Source: Tubiluchus corallicola (lineage: Eukaryota > Animalia > Priapulida). From it: a stretch of DNA of 64,000 nucleotides. Numbering within the stretch: the stretch's first letter is position 1; every line of letters starts with the position of its first letter. Location of the stretch: assembly GCA_030141605.1 (NCBI GenBank), contig JAQGDQ010000286.1, positions 234,626 to 298,625 of the forward strand, in the 5' to 3' direction. Under the pieces are notes generated by a model that was not told where the DNA came from, did not search any database, and was given only the letters and a program-made list of their open reading frames with translations. The translations under genes were made by a program, and so were the position numbers. Shown here piece after piece: positions 62,481-64,000 of the stretch.

Positions 62481-63077
62481 ATCTAACTAACTTAATTAAA
62501 AATGATAATAAAAAATTACCTAAGAGATCGATTAAATAATTACCGTAATAAATTTGTCAAAAAACTAATCCAGCATTGCCTACTTGCAGTTGAAGTCTAA
62601 CTATGAAAGGAGAAAGGAACTGATGTTAAAAGAGCAATACTCACTAAAAGTTAGTAAGTCTATTGTTCTACATAATATACAATGTACTAACTTAGGTGTA
62701 ACATTCTAATCATGGCACGACGTGGTGGAACGATAAATGGTCACTACCATGATGTGAATATGAGTGATAAGATATAGTAGATGTAGGTAAACGTAAACAT
62801 ATTTAGATAAAGTATACATTGCGTTAAATTAGGTGCAACAACCTAATCATGGCACGACATGGTGGAATGATAAATGGTCACTACCACGATGTAAATATGA
62901 GTCATATGATATACCAAGTAATTTAAGTAAAACTAAACATATTAGACCTTACTTGCCTATTCTTTGTAAGTAAAGAGCTTGACCAAGGTCCCCATTTCTC
63001 TTCCCAGCCTTAATCAGCCTAGTAAAAGTTTAAATTATTTTCATTCAGTTTCATTTCTGCGAACTCGTATGGGCTGT

Positions 63078-63278
63078 GTGCAGCTCTTCGCATGATTTGG
63101 CATGAGGTTTTGGCCCCTAAGCTACCAACTGCCTAACTATGATAAATAATTATTGCAAAATTTTACATTTACATGCATTCTGCGCTACAATATCATCATC
63201 ATCATTATCAATAGTGTTCATGTTTCATGCCAAATCATCCCAGAACTCACCACAAGGAGGTGGCTGCACTTGAGTTCC
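63078..63278 (-). ncRNA. HDV-like self-cleaving ribozyme, copy 5 (L3 variant UCCUUGU)
   Basis: Same core with one L3 substitution at 63254. Confidence 0.82.
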
Positions 63279-63875
63279 ATCTAACTAACTTAATTAAAAA
63301 TGATAATAAAAAATTACCTAAGAGATCGATTAAATAATTACCGTAATAAATTTGTCAAAAAACTAATCCAGCATTGCCTACTTGCAGTTGAAGTCTAACT
63401 ATGAAAGGAGAAAGGAACTGATGTTAAAGGAGCAATACTCGCTAAAAGTTAGTAAGTCTATTGTTCTACATAATATACAATGTACTAACTTAGGTGTAAC
63501 ATTCTAATCATGGCACGACGTGGTGGAACGATAAATGGTCACTACCATGATGTGAATATGAGTGATAAGATATAGTAGATGTAGGTAAACGTAAACATAT
63601 TTAGATAAAGTATACATTGCGTTAAATTAGGTGCAACAATCTAATCATGGCACGACATGGTGGAACGATAAATGGTCACTACCACGATGTAAATATGAGT
63701 CATATGATATACCAAGTAATTTAAGTAAAACTAAACATATTAGACCTTACTTGCCTATCCTTTGTAAGTAAAGAGCTTGACCAAGGTCCCCATTTCTCAT
63801 CCCAGCCTTAATCAGCCTAGTAAAAGTTTAAATTATTTTCATTCAGTTTCATTTCTGTGAACTCGTGTGGGCTGT

Positions 63876-64000
63876 GTGCAGCTCTTCGCATGATTTGGCA
63901 TGAGGTTTTGGCCCCTAAGCTACCAACTGCCTAACTATGATAAATAATTATCGCAAAATCTTACATGTGCATGCATTATGCCCAACAATATCATCATCAT
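63876..64000 (-). ncRNA. HDV-like ribozyme copy 6, 3' half only (cut by the window edge)
   Basis: P4 3' strand, J4/2 GCGAA and P2 3' strand present. Confidence 0.75.

Larger units (their letters stand above)
59417..64000. repeat. Tandem array of ~800-bp units, at least 5.8 near-identical copies
   Basis: Units start at 59417, 60188, 60992, 61786, 62582 and 63380 (periods 771, 804, 794, 796, 798); continues past the window end. Confidence 0.99.

Noticed and set aside
59417-64000. CRISPR array or snoRNA cluster interpretation of the tandem repeat
   Set aside because: Eukaryotic context and no unique spacers; no properly placed C/D or H plus ACA boxes; the HDV-like fold explains the inverted repeats better.

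Overview
AT-rich, intron-containing animal (invertebrate) genomic DNA, not prokaryotic. Left to right: a possible first exon of a gene leaving the window (-); a single-exon-CDS CFAP221/PCDP1 ciliary gene (-) with an RFX X-box upstream; a 16-exon FAAH-family amidase (+); a mitochondrial seryl-tRNA synthetase SARS2 (+); a convergent 14-exon CARM1/PRMT4 (-); a 5'-truncated, frameshifted CR1/L2-type LINE sitting in a (TAG)n microsatellite; and many MITE-, HINE-, SINE- and LINE-derived fragments. The main discovery is the ~800-bp tandem array at 59417-64000 (at least 5.8 copies, running off the window). Each unit carries, on the minus strand, a complete HDV-like (nested double-pseudoknot) ribozyme fold with an enlarged P4. 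The ribozyme lies inside an apparent spliceosomal intron, between two small exon-like segments (60 and 66 nt), and the second intron holds twin hairpins. All exon calls, folds and family assignments were made by eye; none was checked by computation.
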